The position numbers were made by a program, and so were the translations under genes. From Candidatus Dormiibacterota bacterium (GTDB lineage Bacteria > Chloroflexota > Dormibacteria > Aeolococcales > Bog-877), in contig OY969577.1 in NCBI GenBank assembly GCA_963701235.1, forward strand, positions 2,286,299 through 2,350,298: a DNA stretch of 64,000 bases. Direction: 5' to 3'. The notes under the pieces were generated by a model. The model searched no databases and was not told where the DNA came from. It was given only the letters and a program-made list of their open reading frames with translations. Shown here in pieces: positions 39,739-50,540 of the stretch (its first letter is position 1; each line of letters begins with the position of its first letter).

Positions 39739-40914
39739 TCAAAGACACTGTCGAATCCGTTCTATAGCCTCCGAGAGTGTCGACTCAGACTGCATAAACG
39801 ACAGTCGGAGGTAGTCGCGCCAGCGTTCACCGAATCCTGTGCCTGGATAGACAAGCACCCGCGCGTCGCGGAGGAGTCTAACCGCTAACTCAGGTCCACT
39901 GAACCCCTTGCTCGACGCGTCTACAAACAAGTAGTATGCCCCCGATGGCTCGGTGAAGCTAAACCCAAGCTCCCGAAACCCGTCCATGAGAACACGCCTG
40001 CGTCGGTCGTAGGTCGCAAGATACTCGCGAAGGAACCCTAAAGAACCGGTCAAGGCAGCCACTGCCGCCATCTGCGAGATTACGGGCGCGGCCGCGCTGA
40101 CCGCCGCCTTTAGCCGCCTAATTTTTGCGAGTCGTGAAGCCGGCCCGGCGATATACCCTACTCGCCAACCCGTCATACAGAAGGTCTTCGAGAATCCATT
40201 GAGTGTTAGGGTACGTTCGCGCATCCCAGGGAGGCTCGCGACGCTGAGGCAGTGCGCCCCGTTATATAGCAGCTTCTCGTAGATCTCGTCCGCGATCACC
40301 GTGAGGTCGTGTTCTTTGGCAATCGTTGCGATTGCCCGGATACTCTCGGCACGGATCACAGCGCCAGTGGGATTACTTGGTGATATCAGCAGTAAGGCCT
40401 TGGATCTTGGTGTTACCGCAGCTGCCACGTCGGCAGGTTGGAGCTCGAATCCGCGTTCTGCGCTGGTGGGAATCAGCTTCATTGCAGCCCCGGAAACTGC
40501 GATAGCTAAGTCGTAAGACGTGTAGCGCGGATCCGGGACCATAATCTCGTCCCCCGGCCCCACCAAACTCTGGACGGCCAGATAGAGACCTTCCTGGCCG
40601 CCAGTCGTCACGACCACTTCGGTATGCGGATCAACCTCGATACCGTTTTCATTTGCAAGTTTGGCCGAGATTGCGCGGCGTAGATCGAGCATGCCGGCTG
40701 GATCCGCTCCATCGAGTGTGACAGCGTCAACGGCCGCCTTGGCAGCTCTACGAATGTGGGCGGGCGTTGGCAGGTCGGGATCACCGCGACCAAGCGCAAT
40801 TACGCCGGTCATGCCATCTGCGATCTCGTTTAGATCATACCTGGCTCGTACAGCGGGATCCTCAAAATGGCGGCGTACCCGGAACGACACGGCAGCTGGT
40901 ACGGACTTCATCAT
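39739..40914 (-). CDS. Class I/II PLP aminotransferase
   Basis: SPSNPTG, DEIY, GFSKTFCMTGWRVG. Confidence 0.92.
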   Translation of the reverse strand: MMKSVPAAVSFRVRRHFEDPAVRARYDLNEIADGMTGVIALGRGDPDLPTPAHIRRAAKAAVDAVTLDGADPAGMLDLRRAISAKLANENGIEVDPHTEVVVTTGGQEGLYLAVQSLVGPGDEIMVPDPRYTSYDLAIAVSGAAMKLIPTSAERGFELQPADVAAAVTPRSKALLLISPSNPTGAVIRAESIRAIATIAKEHDLTVIADEIYEKLLYNGAHCLSVASLPGMRERTLTLNGFSKTFCMTGWRVGYIAGPASRLAKIRRLKAAVSAAAPVISQMAAVAALTGSLGFLREYLATYDRRRRVLMDGFRELGFSFTEPSGAYYLFVDASSKGFSGPELAVRLLRDARVLVYPGTGFGERWRDYLRLSFMQSESTLSEAIERIRQCL

Positions 40915-40930
40915 TACGGCTACGTTCGGA

Positions 40931-42052
40931 TCACAGCCGCTCGAGCGAGTCTCGCACCCGCTGTAGAGACGAACTCAACATCGCTACCGGCTGACATAGT
41001 GTGATCTGTACGCCTCCCCTACCAACCGTTCGGGTTGCGTCATCGACGAGCACCCTCGCCTGTTTCCGCAGAAAAGTGATCAGAGAACGACTGTCTCTAG
41101 CTGGCAAGCATCGCCCAACGCACGTCCAACCAGCATGGACCTGTTCTAACCTAAGAAGGGAACCGTCAAGCACCCGCATTGCGACACTTCTGCGCGCCGC
41201 AACCTCAGCTCGGGCAACCGACGTCCACTCGCTACACTCGCGGAGCGCCGCAAGCGCGGCGTATTGAGACAAAGCAGGAGCACAAATACTGAGACCTTGC
41301 TTGAGGTTAGTAACCGGTGCAACGAGTTGCGCCGGCCCAACAATGTACCCGATCTTCCATGGGTCTAGACCCCAGGCAACGAACCCACCGACCCGGACTG
41401 CGCGGAGCCGGAGGGCTGAGCACGACGCTGCGCTTATCTGGCCAACTGAGCCAGCGGTTAATTCTATTCCATCCTCAAGCACTAGGACCACAGCGTCCAT
41501 GTCCGACGCAGTGGCTGCGAGCTCCTGAAGCGCCTGAAGACCCCACACCGGCCCGGACGAACCCGAATTGTTAATTATGAGCAATACGGGGGGATTCGGC
41601 TCTGGGGCGTCCGAGGTCCGCCAACCACAACCTGGCTCGAGACTTGAGTGGTGTGGTATCCGCCTTAGGGTGCCTCCAGCTAGCGCAACAGCTACCTCCG
41701 CCGTATCAGGCACGTCTCCGATCGCTATCACGAAGTCGCCTTTGGCTACGAGCGTTTCGACCGCCAGAAACAGGGATTCTGTCTGGCCACCAGACACCAT
41801 CGCGAGCTCGTCGGGGAGAAGCGGGGCTTGGTCCAGGTCCTCTAGGTGGGCGACAATGGCCTCTCGCAGCGCATCTAAGCCGGCCCGTGGCGTGTAGTGT
41901 TGTGCGAGACCACTGTCGATCGCTAGCCTAGCGGCAGAGCGCACCGCACCAGGAATCTCAAGTTTGGGCGACTCACCGGTAAGGTTGTCAATAATCGCAC
42001 CCATTCGTCTACCCACATGTTGGGATGGGCGCAGCCAACCCTCTTTCACCAC
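40931..42052 (-). CDS. Degenerate class I/II aminotransferase-fold protein
   Basis: HYTPRAGLDALREAI, GQTESLF, WKIGY.VGP, SQYAA retained; NPTG, DEIY and SK lost. Confidence 0.75.
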   Translation of the reverse strand: MVKEGWLRPSQHVGRRMGAIIDNLTGESPKLEIPGAVRSAARLAIDSGLAQHYTPRAGLDALREAIVAHLEDLDQAPLLPDELAMVSGGQTESLFLAVETLVAKGDFVIAIGDVPDTAEVAVALAGGTLRRIPHHSSLEPGCGWRTSDAPEPNPPVLLIINNSGSSGPVWGLQALQELAATASDMDAVVLVLEDGIELTAGSVGQISAASCSALRLRAVRVGGFVAWGLDPWKIGYIVGPAQLVAPVTNLKQGLSICAPALSQYAALAALRECSEWTSVARAEVAARRSVAMRVLDGSLLRLEQVHAGWTCVGRCLPARDSRSLITFLRKQARVLVDDATRTVGRGGVQITLCQPVAMLSSSLQRVRDSLERL

Positions 42053-42147
42053 TCCCTCTTGGGTCGACCGTTACCCGCCTCTGCCTCACAGGCCACGCGT
42101 GCGTTGATTGACTGCCCTCCCCTCGCTGGCGCTGCACACGGCGATCC

Positions 42148-43137
42148 CTACGTTGCATACGCGTCTGGTGCTTCCAGTTTTGGGCCAGGGAAGATCGCAT
42201 CTAGTCCCTCGAGATCTACTGAACTCAGAGTCACCTCCAAAGCCTTAACGCAATCCCGGAGTTGTCCAACGGTCCGGGGTCCTATGACGGGCGCAGTGAC
42301 CCCGCTCTGGTGCAGCAGCCAGCTCAGAGCGACAGCGCCGGGGGAATGTCCCATAAGACCGCAGAACGCCTCAAACGCTTCGATCTTGCCACGGTGAATT
42401 GCGAGTTTGCCCTTAAGGCCGGGATCCGACGATCGTCCCGACCCTTGTCGGTGAAGTATCCCGCTCAGAAGCCCGCCTTCAAGCGGGCTCCACGGAAGAA
42501 CACCTAGGCCGAGATACCTGCACGCTGGAAGTACTTCCAGCTCGACATCGCGCGATAATAGACTGTAATGGGGCTGGTGACTCACCAATCTCGCAGGACC
42601 ATTCGCACGCGCGGAGCTATCTGCCACCGCTAGGTCCCAGGCGGCGAAATTCGAAGCCCCCACGTAGATCACCTTACCCTGGGATACCAGAACACTCATC
42701 GCATCCCAGATCTCCTCCCAGGGCGTCTCACGATCAACGTGGTGCATTTGATAAAGGTCGATGCGATCCGTTTGGAGGCGGCGTAGCGACGCCTCGCATG
42801 CCGAGCGAATATGGCGCGCCGACAATCTGCCGTCGTTTGGAAGCTCGCTCATCGACGCGAAGACCTTTGTAGCCAGCACGACCTTGTCACGGCGGCCATG
42901 ATCAGACCGCAGCCACTTCCCTATGAACTCTTCGGATCGGCCCTTCAATTCGCCAGCCGCATCCCGACCGTAGCTGTTCGCGGTGTCGAAGCAATTGATC
43001 CCGGCGGCCACTGCTTCGTCCATGATCTCGAACGCGTCAGGCTCAGGCGTCTGAGGCCCGAAGTTCATCGTCCCGAGCACTAACCTGCTTACGCGAAGGC
43101 CTGAGCGGCCAAGATGTACGGTTGCGCTGAGGTTCAT
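42148..43137 (-). CDS. Aldo/keto reductase
   Basis: LGTMNFG, DTANSYG, LATK, DLYQMHH, PWSPL. Confidence 0.92.
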   Translation of the reverse strand: MNLSATVHLGRSGLRVSRLVLGTMNFGPQTPEPDAFEIMDEAVAAGINCFDTANSYGRDAAGELKGRSEEFIGKWLRSDHGRRDKVVLATKVFASMSELPNDGRLSARHIRSACEASLRRLQTDRIDLYQMHHVDRETPWEEIWDAMSVLVSQGKVIYVGASNFAAWDLAVADSSARANGPARLVSHQPHYSLLSRDVELEVLPACRYLGLGVLPWSPLEGGLLSGILHRQGSGRSSDPGLKGKLAIHRGKIEAFEAFCGLMGHSPGAVALSWLLHQSGVTAPVIGPRTVGQLRDCVKALEVTLSSVDLEGLDAIFPGPKLEAPDAYAT

Positions 43138-43218
43138 TGGTACCCGAAACAGGCTCTAGGCACCTGGTTCGTCACGCGGATCCCTCGTCCGTCGGCCGAT
43201 TGGCAGTTGACAATCACG

Positions 43219-43752
43219 TTACAAGCCGCGGCGCGGTTGGTCGAGGTGGACAACGTCCACCACCGCGATCTTTTCCAAACCCTGTGGCATCAGTTTGATC
43301 GCGTGCTCACGCGTCTCATCATGTTTTGGACTTGCAACGAATGCCTCTTCGGCCTCCTTGGAAATCCAACTGTTGATCGCATAGTACTCACCAGGTGATC
43401 CCTTTACCCTGAGCAAGGTGCTGCTCACGAAGCCATCATTTGTACGCATCCCTGGGTTAAGCACATCGCGCCGAAGTTCCAGATATGCGGATTCAACCTC
43501 CGCTGGGCAGACGAAACGGAAAATGGTCGCGTGATCTTCTCTCACGAGCAACTTGCTTGACTCTGCAGGAGGGGACCCCTGGCGCAAGATTCCTCGGCCC
43601 CAGTTCTCCCGGGGTACCTCATCAAGAATTGTTGTGACGTCAGAAACGGAACAAGCAGTCACGTCGGCGACAACGACCGCCACCTCGCGTATGAGCCGCG
43701 TCTTCGTCTCATCGTCACTGCCGGACGGAAGCTCGATGTTCACTACTGGCAT
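43219..43752 (-). CDS. 4-oxalocrotonate tautomerase plus ABM (dimeric alpha-beta barrel) fusion
   Basis: N-terminal Pro, DEVPRENWGRG; C-part GFVSSTLL...YYAINSWISKEA..F..SPKH. Confidence 0.75.
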   Translation of the reverse strand: MPVVNIELPSGSDDETKTRLIREVAVVVADVTACSVSDVTTILDEVPRENWGRGILRQGSPPAESSKLLVREDHATIFRFVCPAEVESAYLELRRDVLNPGMRTNDGFVSSTLLRVKGSPGEYYAINSWISKEAEEAFVASPKHDETREHAIKLMPQGLEKIAVVDVVHLDQPRRGL

Positions 43753-43905
43753 TGGTTCTCCTTCACCGAATCCGAGACTTATACTCGGATGCCAAGACGG
43801 TACCTAGTGACGTGCTTCCACCCCGCCCATCAAAGCCGGCGGCTCATCTTGACTAAAGCAGGGTGTGAAGCTTCGGCCCAGCCCTTAGAGTCAGAGCCAG
43901 CGGCC

Positions 43906-43947
43906 ATATACGAGATACTATACGCTAGTCGGTGGAGATCCTGTCAA
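43906..43947. promoter_or_regulatory. Candidate GntR operator plus TTGACA (minus strand)
   Basis: ATATACGAGATACTATAC resembles 53501-53518; TGTCAA at 43942-43947. Confidence 0.5.
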
Positions 43948-44028
43948 GAGGCCGCAAGGCATTTGCCGAACCCCGCCGGGGACCGATAGTCGCTCGCCTC
44001 AGGCAGAATCGCCAGAGCGGAAGCTCAA

Positions 44029-45681
44029 GTGGGGATTGAGATGCCCGGATCGTCTTACGATTGGAGCGGGGACGTGCCGTCCGTTGAGAGCATCGTCCAG
44101 CAGGCTCGTCTACTGGGTATTCCCATCACTGGCCCCGAGGCCGCGCAGCTGCGCCCCTCTCTGGCGACATTCTTCCAGGGAGGGCGCCTAATTGCCTCCC
44201 GGTCACAACCAGGTGCGCCCATTGACTTCCCGCCACGACTACCACAGATCCCAGATGCCTCCCCGGCAGACGTCTTGCAAGCCACCCGAGAAGTCCGCGG
44301 ACGCAAGCAGGGTCAGGAAAGCATGACTCTGCTCCCCGGAACACACCCAGGGTCTCTATCGATTTCCGAGCTCGCATCCCACTACCGAGCACGACTACTT
44401 TCCCCCGTCACCGTCACGGCCAATCTGCTTGACTCAATACATGACCACGAATCGCATTTCAACGCGTGGATCACGATTCTCGATGGCCAGGCCCTCGCCG
44501 AGGCGAAGGCTTCAGAGCTGAGGCTGCTACGAGGCCATCCGCGTAGTCCGATCGAGGGAATCCCGGTCGTACTCAAGGATAACATTGACCTCGCGGGAGT
44601 CATCACGACGTGCGGGTCAGTCATTATGCGAAAGCGCAAGGCGCGTAAAGATGCGCAAATCGCGAGCGCCCTCCGGAAGGCGGGGGCCGTCATATTGGGT
44701 AAAGCCAATCTTCTAGAATTTGCGTACGGTGTGCCTAACCCACACTTCGGTCAGACGAACAACCCTTGGAACTTGGAGAGGACGGCCGGGGGCTCAAGCG
44801 GTGGCTGCGCTGCCGCGGTTGCTGCCGGAGACGCGTTTGGTGGATTCGGGACTGATACGGGGGGCTCGGTTCGTATCCCGGCCGCCTATTGTGGGATCGT
44901 CGGCCTCAAACCAACCTATAAGCTTCTCGATACTACGGGTGTCTTCCCGCTATCCCACACCGCGGATCATCTAGGACTATTGGGGCGTTCTGTTCAGGAC
45001 GTCTCGATCCTGCTCTCCAGCGTCTTAAAGCACGACTACGCCCTGCCCCGCGGGCAGCATGATTTGAAGGGACTTCGCATCGGTATCTTGAACACGGGAT
45101 CCGAGACTGATACTGCATTGAGCGTAGAACGGATCTGGCACAGAGCGCTAGCAGTTTTACGTGGCGCAGGAGCCACCTTAGAGGAGGTTGCTTTAGCGAC
45201 TCTACCTTCAGCTCCGACCGTGCTCCAGCAAATCGTGGTCCCAGAAGCAACTCGCATCCACTACCGATGGCTCCAGAGCCGCGCCCGCGACTACGCCGAC
45301 GGAACTCGTATGCAGCTCCTCCTTGGACTCTTCGGGCCAGGTTTCCTCTACCTATCGGCCAACGACGCCATGTACCGGATCCAGCATGCTTGGCGTCAAC
45401 TCCTCGTGAACTTTGACGCTCTCGTGAATCTCACAGTCCCATGCATCGCTCCCTACCACGAACCCGAGTTTGGCAGCCAGGAGGCAGCGAGCGAGGCGAA
45501 CAACACCGCCTCACAAAACCTCTCGGGGCTACCCGCCCTGACGATTCCGTGCGGAACGGACGACCAGCATATGCCTGTCGGAATGCAAATAACCACCGGG
45601 TGGTATCAGGAGGCAAAACTCCTCTGTATCGCCCAAGCTGCGGAGAAGGTCCTTAACTTTGAGACTCTTCTAGGAGCCTGA
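44029..45681 (+). CDS. Amidase signature family enzyme with N-terminal extension
   Basis: KDN, GKAN, GGSSGG, GTDTGGSVRIPA. Confidence 0.92.
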   Translation: MGIEMPGSSYDWSGDVPSVESIVQQARLLGIPITGPEAAQLRPSLATFFQGGRLIASRSQPGAPIDFPPRLPQIPDASPADVLQATREVRGRKQGQESMTLLPGTHPGSLSISELASHYRARLLSPVTVTANLLDSIHDHESHFNAWITILDGQALAEAKASELRLLRGHPRSPIEGIPVVLKDNIDLAGVITTCGSVIMRKRKARKDAQIASALRKAGAVILGKANLLEFAYGVPNPHFGQTNNPWNLERTAGGSSGGCAAAVAAGDAFGGFGTDTGGSVRIPAAYCGIVGLKPTYKLLDTTGVFPLSHTADHLGLLGRSVQDVSILLSSVLKHDYALPRGQHDLKGLRIGILNTGSETDTALSVERIWHRALAVLRGAGATLEEVALATLPSAPTVLQQIVVPEATRIHYRWLQSRARDYADGTRMQLLLGLFGPGFLYLSANDAMYRIQHAWRQLLVNFDALVNLTVPCIAPYHEPEFGSQEAASEANNTASQNLSGLPALTIPCGTDDQHMPVGMQITTGWYQEAKLLCIAQAAEKVLNFETLLGA

Positions 45682-45702
45682 CCACACCAACACGGAGGGC
45701 CC

Positions 45703-46992
45703 ATGGCATCTTCGATCCACGACCACCACCTGACTCTGCGGGGCGCGCAGATCTTCGACTCTACCACGGGCTCCGTCAGACATGGATCACTCACAATCGA
45801 GCGCGGGCGTATAATCCCATCACCGGAATCGCCCCAACACACTGACGTGGTCGACTGTACAGGACTCACGCTTTTACCGGGCTTTATCGACTGCCACGTG
45901 CACGTTACTATCCGGCACAAAGACGTAGTACGGGAACTGTCAGAGCCCTTTGGTCTAGACTACTACGTCGCTGCAGACAACCTCCGCCGTCTGCTCGAGG
46001 CGGGGGTCACCACCGTGCGTGACGCGGGCGGGGCCGACCGCGCGGTCAAAGAGGCTGTTGACATTGGGCTCATCTCTGGTCCGCGAATGATCATCGCCAT
46101 TTCGATGCTGAGTCAGACCGGTGGCCACGCGGACATGCGGACCCCATCCGGCTACGAGCTTCGCCCTGCGCTGCCGCACCCCGCAAGACCAGACGGAATC
46201 GTCGATGGCCCCGAAGCGATGCGAGCAAAGGTGCGAGAGCTCATCCGCGCGGGGGCTGACGTCATCAAGGTTGCTAGCTCCGGCGGGGTCCTGTCGCCCG
46301 GCGATGACCCGAGGCACCCCAATTTTCAAACCGACGAACTCGAAATGGCGGTCACGGAAGCTGGTCAATGCGGACGACCGGTGATGGCTCATGCGCTTGC
46401 GACGGACGGCATCCGAAACGCCGTTAGGGCCGGGGTGCGCTCCATAGAACACGGCGTGTTTCTTGACCAAGCCACAGCTGACCAGATGTGTCAGCGGGGC
46501 GTGTGGCTTGTGCCGACTCTCCTCGCCACTGTGAGCCTCGAGGAGTCGCGAGCGGCTAGTCGCCAAGGCCCGGCGACCGATCTAGACCGTAAGTTGGTGT
46601 ACGTTTCTCGAGCGCATCGTACGGCCTTTCAACTGGCTGTCCGAGCCGGCGTTCCCGTGGCCATGGGGACGGACGCAGTTTCTATCCCTATGGGCTCAAA
46701 TCTACGCGAGCTACAACTGATGCAAGAGTACGGAGGGCTCAGTCCTTCAGAAGTCCTCCAGGCAGCGACTCTGTCTGGCGCTAACCTCCTCGGACTGCAG
46801 GACGAGGTAGGCTCGCTGGACTTCGGGAAGGCGGCAGACGTGGTCGGCGTCGTTGGCGACCCATTTGACTTCCACGACATCACCACGCGGATCGTCTTTG
46901 TCATCAAGGGCGGCGATGTGGTCGCCGGTAGCCTTCCGGCCGATGCTCCCGAGCCAGATCGAGGGTCCGGAGATCGGGCGGCCTACCGGTGA
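45703..46992 (+). CDS. Metal-dependent amidohydrolase (Xaa-Pro dipeptidase-like)
   Basis: PGFIDCHVH, GVTTVRDAGG, IKV, AHA, SIEHG, GTD. Confidence 0.92.
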   Translation: MASSIHDHHLTLRGAQIFDSTTGSVRHGSLTIERGRIIPSPESPQHTDVVDCTGLTLLPGFIDCHVHVTIRHKDVVRELSEPFGLDYYVAADNLRRLLEAGVTTVRDAGGADRAVKEAVDIGLISGPRMIIAISMLSQTGGHADMRTPSGYELRPALPHPARPDGIVDGPEAMRAKVRELIRAGADVIKVASSGGVLSPGDDPRHPNFQTDELEMAVTEAGQCGRPVMAHALATDGIRNAVRAGVRSIEHGVFLDQATADQMCQRGVWLVPTLLATVSLEESRAASRQGPATDLDRKLVYVSRAHRTAFQLAVRAGVPVAMGTDAVSIPMGSNLRELQLMQEYGGLSPSEVLQAATLSGANLLGLQDEVGSLDFGKAADVVGVVGDPFDFHDITTRIVFVIKGGDVVAGSLPADAPEPDRGSGDRAAYR

Positions 46993-48413
46993 GTCGTTTG
47001 GGACGGCAGAAGGCTTCTCTCAGCAATAGTCCTGTTGGAACAGCACACAGTCTTACTTCGCACGATCCCTCAACCGGTGAGCTAATCGCCGCATATCCGT
47101 GCTGGACCCCATACCAACTGAATGCAGCCCTCGACTTAGCGCATATGGCGCAAGTGTCATGGGGGACGACGGCCCTTCGCTTACGCTCAGCCATGCTGGT
47201 GCGCATCGCGTCCGAGCTGCGAAACGCAATGCCTCGCCTCGCACAGCTCACGGCGCACGAGGTCGGCAAACCGATTCGGGACGGTATGTCCGAGGTTGCC
47301 AAGTGCGCCGATGCCTTCGACTACTTTGCACATCACGGTCCGCGATCTCTCTCGAGCCAATCTATCCGTAAGACGGGCACGCACACGTCCGTTAACTTCG
47401 GACCCTGCGGAGTTATCTTATGCGTTGTCCCGCCCTTCTATCCGTACTGGCAGGTGGTGCGGACCTGTGCGCCGGCACTTCTCGCTGGGAACGCGGTCGT
47501 AGTCAAGCACGGACCCGGCACAACCGGCTGTACTCTCGCCCTGCAAGATTCGTTCCGGTCGGCCGGTCTGCCGCCGGGCCTGTTCCAAGCGCTCATGGTC
47601 GCCGAGGACTCTGTGCCAGCCCTAATAGCGGATGCACGCATTAGGCGTGTGGCGGTTACCGGCCGGACCAGAACAGGCGCGACGCTCACATCGCTAGCCG
47701 GTCAGCACCTCAAGCCCTGCATTCCTCAACTCAGCGGAGTTGATTCCTTTATCGTACTGGACGATGCGGCGCTAACACCTACGGTGGAGGCAGCTGTACG
47801 TGCTCGGTTCCACAACTCCGGCCAGAGTTGCGCCGCCGCGAAACGCTTCTTGGTTCACAAGAGTCTTTATGACAAGTTCGTCGGTCGCCTAGGCGAAGCG
47901 GTAACCCAACTACGTGTCGGTGACCCCTGCGACTCTCGCACCGATGTAGGTCCACTAGCCTCTAGCTCGCTTAGGGAAGCGGTCCACTCGCAGGTTGAAA
48001 GGTCTGTGGCGCTCGGGGCGATGACTAGGTGCGGCGGAGCTCCTATCGCCGGGCCCGGCTTCTTTTACGCACCAACTATACTCAGCGAAGTTTCGGCCGA
48101 CATGCCTGTATTTAGGGAGGAGGTACTCGGCCCAGTGGCTAGTGTGATGCCTATCGATAGCGTCGAGATGGCAGTCGCAATCACCAATGATTCGCCCTAT
48201 GGGCTATGTGCCAGCGTGTGGACTGCGAGCAGACCTCGCGCATTGCGAATTGCTCACGCGCTAGAGGTCGGGAGCGTATTCATCAACCAACGTGCCGGAA
48301 CAGACCCCGCCATCCCGTTCGGCGGCATCAAGAATAGCGGATATGGACGTGACCTCGGTCTGCTGGGGCTGAAACACCTAGTGACGGCAAAGGTGATCTC
48401 CACACTCTCGTGA
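46989..48413 (+). CDS. Aldehyde dehydrogenase, succinate-semialdehyde dehydrogenase-like (divergent)
   Basis: [26 protein letters not shown]; ELGG changed to QLSG. Confidence 0.85.
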   Translation: MSRLGRQKASLSNSPVGTAHSLTSHDPSTGELIAAYPCWTPYQLNAALDLAHMAQVSWGTTALRLRSAMLVRIASELRNAMPRLAQLTAHEVGKPIRDGMSEVAKCADAFDYFAHHGPRSLSSQSIRKTGTHTSVNFGPCGVILCVVPPFYPYWQVVRTCAPALLAGNAVVVKHGPGTTGCTLALQDSFRSAGLPPGLFQALMVAEDSVPALIADARIRRVAVTGRTRTGATLTSLAGQHLKPCIPQLSGVDSFIVLDDAALTPTVEAAVRARFHNSGQSCAAAKRFLVHKSLYDKFVGRLGEAVTQLRVGDPCDSRTDVGPLASSSLREAVHSQVERSVALGAMTRCGGAPIAGPGFFYAPTILSEVSADMPVFREEVLGPVASVMPIDSVEMAVAITNDSPYGLCASVWTASRPRALRIAHALEVGSVFINQRAGTDPAIPFGGIKNSGYGRDLGLLGLKHLVTAKVISTLS

Positions 48414-48631
48414 CGAGCGATCGCGCGAGTCGCCGGTCGTCGAGCCCGCAGCACCCGACTCGGGCGGGTATCCGGATGGCTACGGTCGACACACCATGGG
48501 GCCAGCGGACATCATGCTTTTGTGCAAAGCGGAGCCTAGCGGTCGCCTCCACCGCGGCACTTCGGAGGGATGATCGTGACCACAACGCAGGGTCGCCGTC
48601 CCTGTCGAAGGTCCGGCGCCTAACCCGTCGC

Positions 48632-49375
48632 TCAGTCTGAGATCGGCTCGCGGAAGGTCTCCAGGGCCGTATTGGTGATTCGGATCACGTGGTTTTGCAT
48701 GCCTAGAGCTGCGGCATCTAGGTCTCGCCGGACGATTGCTTCGGTGATTGCGGCGTGTGGCTGATGAGATTCGCTATCGGAGTTCGCGATTGGGGCATCG
48801 CGCCGCCGCAAAGCGAGAGTCAAAACCAAGCTGTTCTCTACCAACTGTCGAAGCATCGGATTGCCAGAAGCCGCGGCCACGAGGCTGTGAAATCTGAAAT
48901 CCCATCCTCTAAAGGCATCCTCATTTGATGGAAGCTCGCAGGACAATGATTTGTCCGCGGCGAGCCTTATCCGCTGGATCTGGGATGGGGTTGCACGCTC
49001 GGCCGCGAGGCGCGCAGCGAGCAACTCTAGCGCTGTTCTGACTTCGTAGGCGTGCTGAATGTGGTCCCTAGAGGGGCTGACGACCCGTACCCGGTTACGA
49101 CCGTCAGGTTGAACCAATCCAATGGAGCTGAGTCTAAGTAGAGCTTCGCGCACGGGCGTCTTGCTGACCGCCAGTTGCTCAGCTAGGCGGACCTCGGATA
49201 CCCGCGCACCCGGTAGGAGTCGCTTGGCTACAATAGCGTCACGCAGCGACTCATACACGATAGTGGTAAGGCTGTCAGGCTTCGCGGAGATCGGGCGCAA
49301 CGGTAGGTCGGTGCCCTCCCCAACGCTAGACGATCCGGACCGATCGAGAAGCAGTGGACGGGCGTCACTTGGCAA
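48632..49375 (-). CDS. GntR (FCD) family regulator
   Basis: LAEQLAVSKTPVREALLRL; D..FH, SGN FCD domain. Confidence 0.92.
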   Translation of the reverse strand: MPSDARPLLLDRSGSSSVGEGTDLPLRPISAKPDSLTTIVYESLRDAIVAKRLLPGARVSEVRLAEQLAVSKTPVREALLRLSSIGLVQPDGRNRVRVVSPSRDHIQHAYEVRTALELLAARLAAERATPSQIQRIRLAADKSLSCELPSNEDAFRGWDFRFHSLVAAASGNPMLRQLVENSLVLTLALRRRDAPIANSDSESHQPHAAITEAIVRRDLDAAALGMQNHVIRITNTALETFREPISD

Positions 49376-49703
49376 TGCTGTCTACCGAGACCAGGGGCTA
49401 GGTCGATCTGCAGGGCTCACGGCAGCAGCCCAATCGCCATTCCACAATAGGAGTGCATACTACCATCAGTTCGACTTGGGTTGGGAGCCATCCGGCAAGA
49501 GCGCCAGAGCCTCGAGTGTGAGCCATGCGGTCGATCCTCCCTCCTCCGTACCGCACGACTCGCCTGCTGCGCTGCCCCGGTACCCGTCGGATTTGTCGCC
49601 CGGCACGGCACCTCGCTGCGAACACTCGCATCAGACGCATCGCACTTTCGCTCCGTATGAGCCGTGCTCAAGCTGGCTCTAGTACGAGTCCGTACGGCTA
49701 CCT

Positions 49704-50540
49704 TTAGCCATCACCACGATCGCCGACATCGAACCCCGCCATGCCCGCCAAGATCCCACCGTCTACCGGAATGCAGGCACCCGTAATATAGCCCGATGCG
49801 GGGGACGCAAGGAAACTCACCAGCCTCGCCACATCGGCCCCAGTGCCTCCGCGCCCCAAGGGTATTTGACGCTCCATCCATCGGCGCCTAACGCGGTCCG
49901 CCCACACCGCTTCTGTCTGCTTGGTACGGAGGAATCCAGGCATCACACAATTGACCAGTATGTTGTATTGCGCCCACTCGATAGCCAGTTGGCGTGTTAG
50001 TTGTCCTATCGCTGCCTTGGACAATGCATACATCGTGATTCCTGCCAGACCGGTCACAGTGGTAAGAGACCCGATATTGATGATCCTTCCGGCTCCCAGC
50101 TTTATCATCTCGCGCGCTACCAGCTGGGAGAGCACAAACGGTGCTCTGAGGTTGAGGTCGAGGATCTCGTCATAATCTGCAGTTCCCACGTCAAGCGTGT
50201 CCATACGGTGAACCCGTCCGGCACAGTTCACGAGAATGTCTAATCGGCCGAACTGAGCGAGAACTTGCGGTACAAGCGACTCGAGGTCGCGACGGTCGGT
50301 AAGGTTGGCGGGAAATGATGCGACCGACGTCCCCCGACTGGCCATTGCCGACTCAAGTACTTGGAGTGAGTCGGTCGATCTGCCGTTGAGGGCAATCGCA
50401 GCTCCAGCGCCACCGAGGCACTCCGCGATCGCTCCGCCTATTGTGCCGCTCGCACCCGTGATCAACGCGACTCGACCGTCTAACCGGAGGGCAGCATCTG
50501 CCCTGGCGGCGGCATCCCCCAGCTCAGCTTGGCGGCTCAC
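49704..50540 (-). CDS. SDR oxidoreductase (gluconate 5-dehydrogenase/KduD-like)
   Basis: TGASGTIG, YALSK, LAIEWA, VDGG. Confidence 0.88.
   Translation of the reverse strand: MSRQAELGDAAARADAALRLDGRVALITGASGTIGGAIAECLGGAGAAIALNGRSTDSLQVLESAMASRGTSVASFPANLTDRRDLESLVPQVLAQFGRLDILVNCAGRVHRMDTLDVGTADYDEILDLNLRAPFVLSQLVAREMIKLGAGRIINIGSLTTVTGLAGITMYALSKAAIGQLTRQLAIEWAQYNILVNCVMPGFLRTKQTEAVWADRVRRRWMERQIPLGRGGTGADVARLVSFLASPASGYITGACIPVDGGILAGMAGFDVGDRGDG

Noticed and set aside
44029-45681. gatA of the GatCAB amidotransferase
   Set aside because: No gatB adjacent; catabolic context
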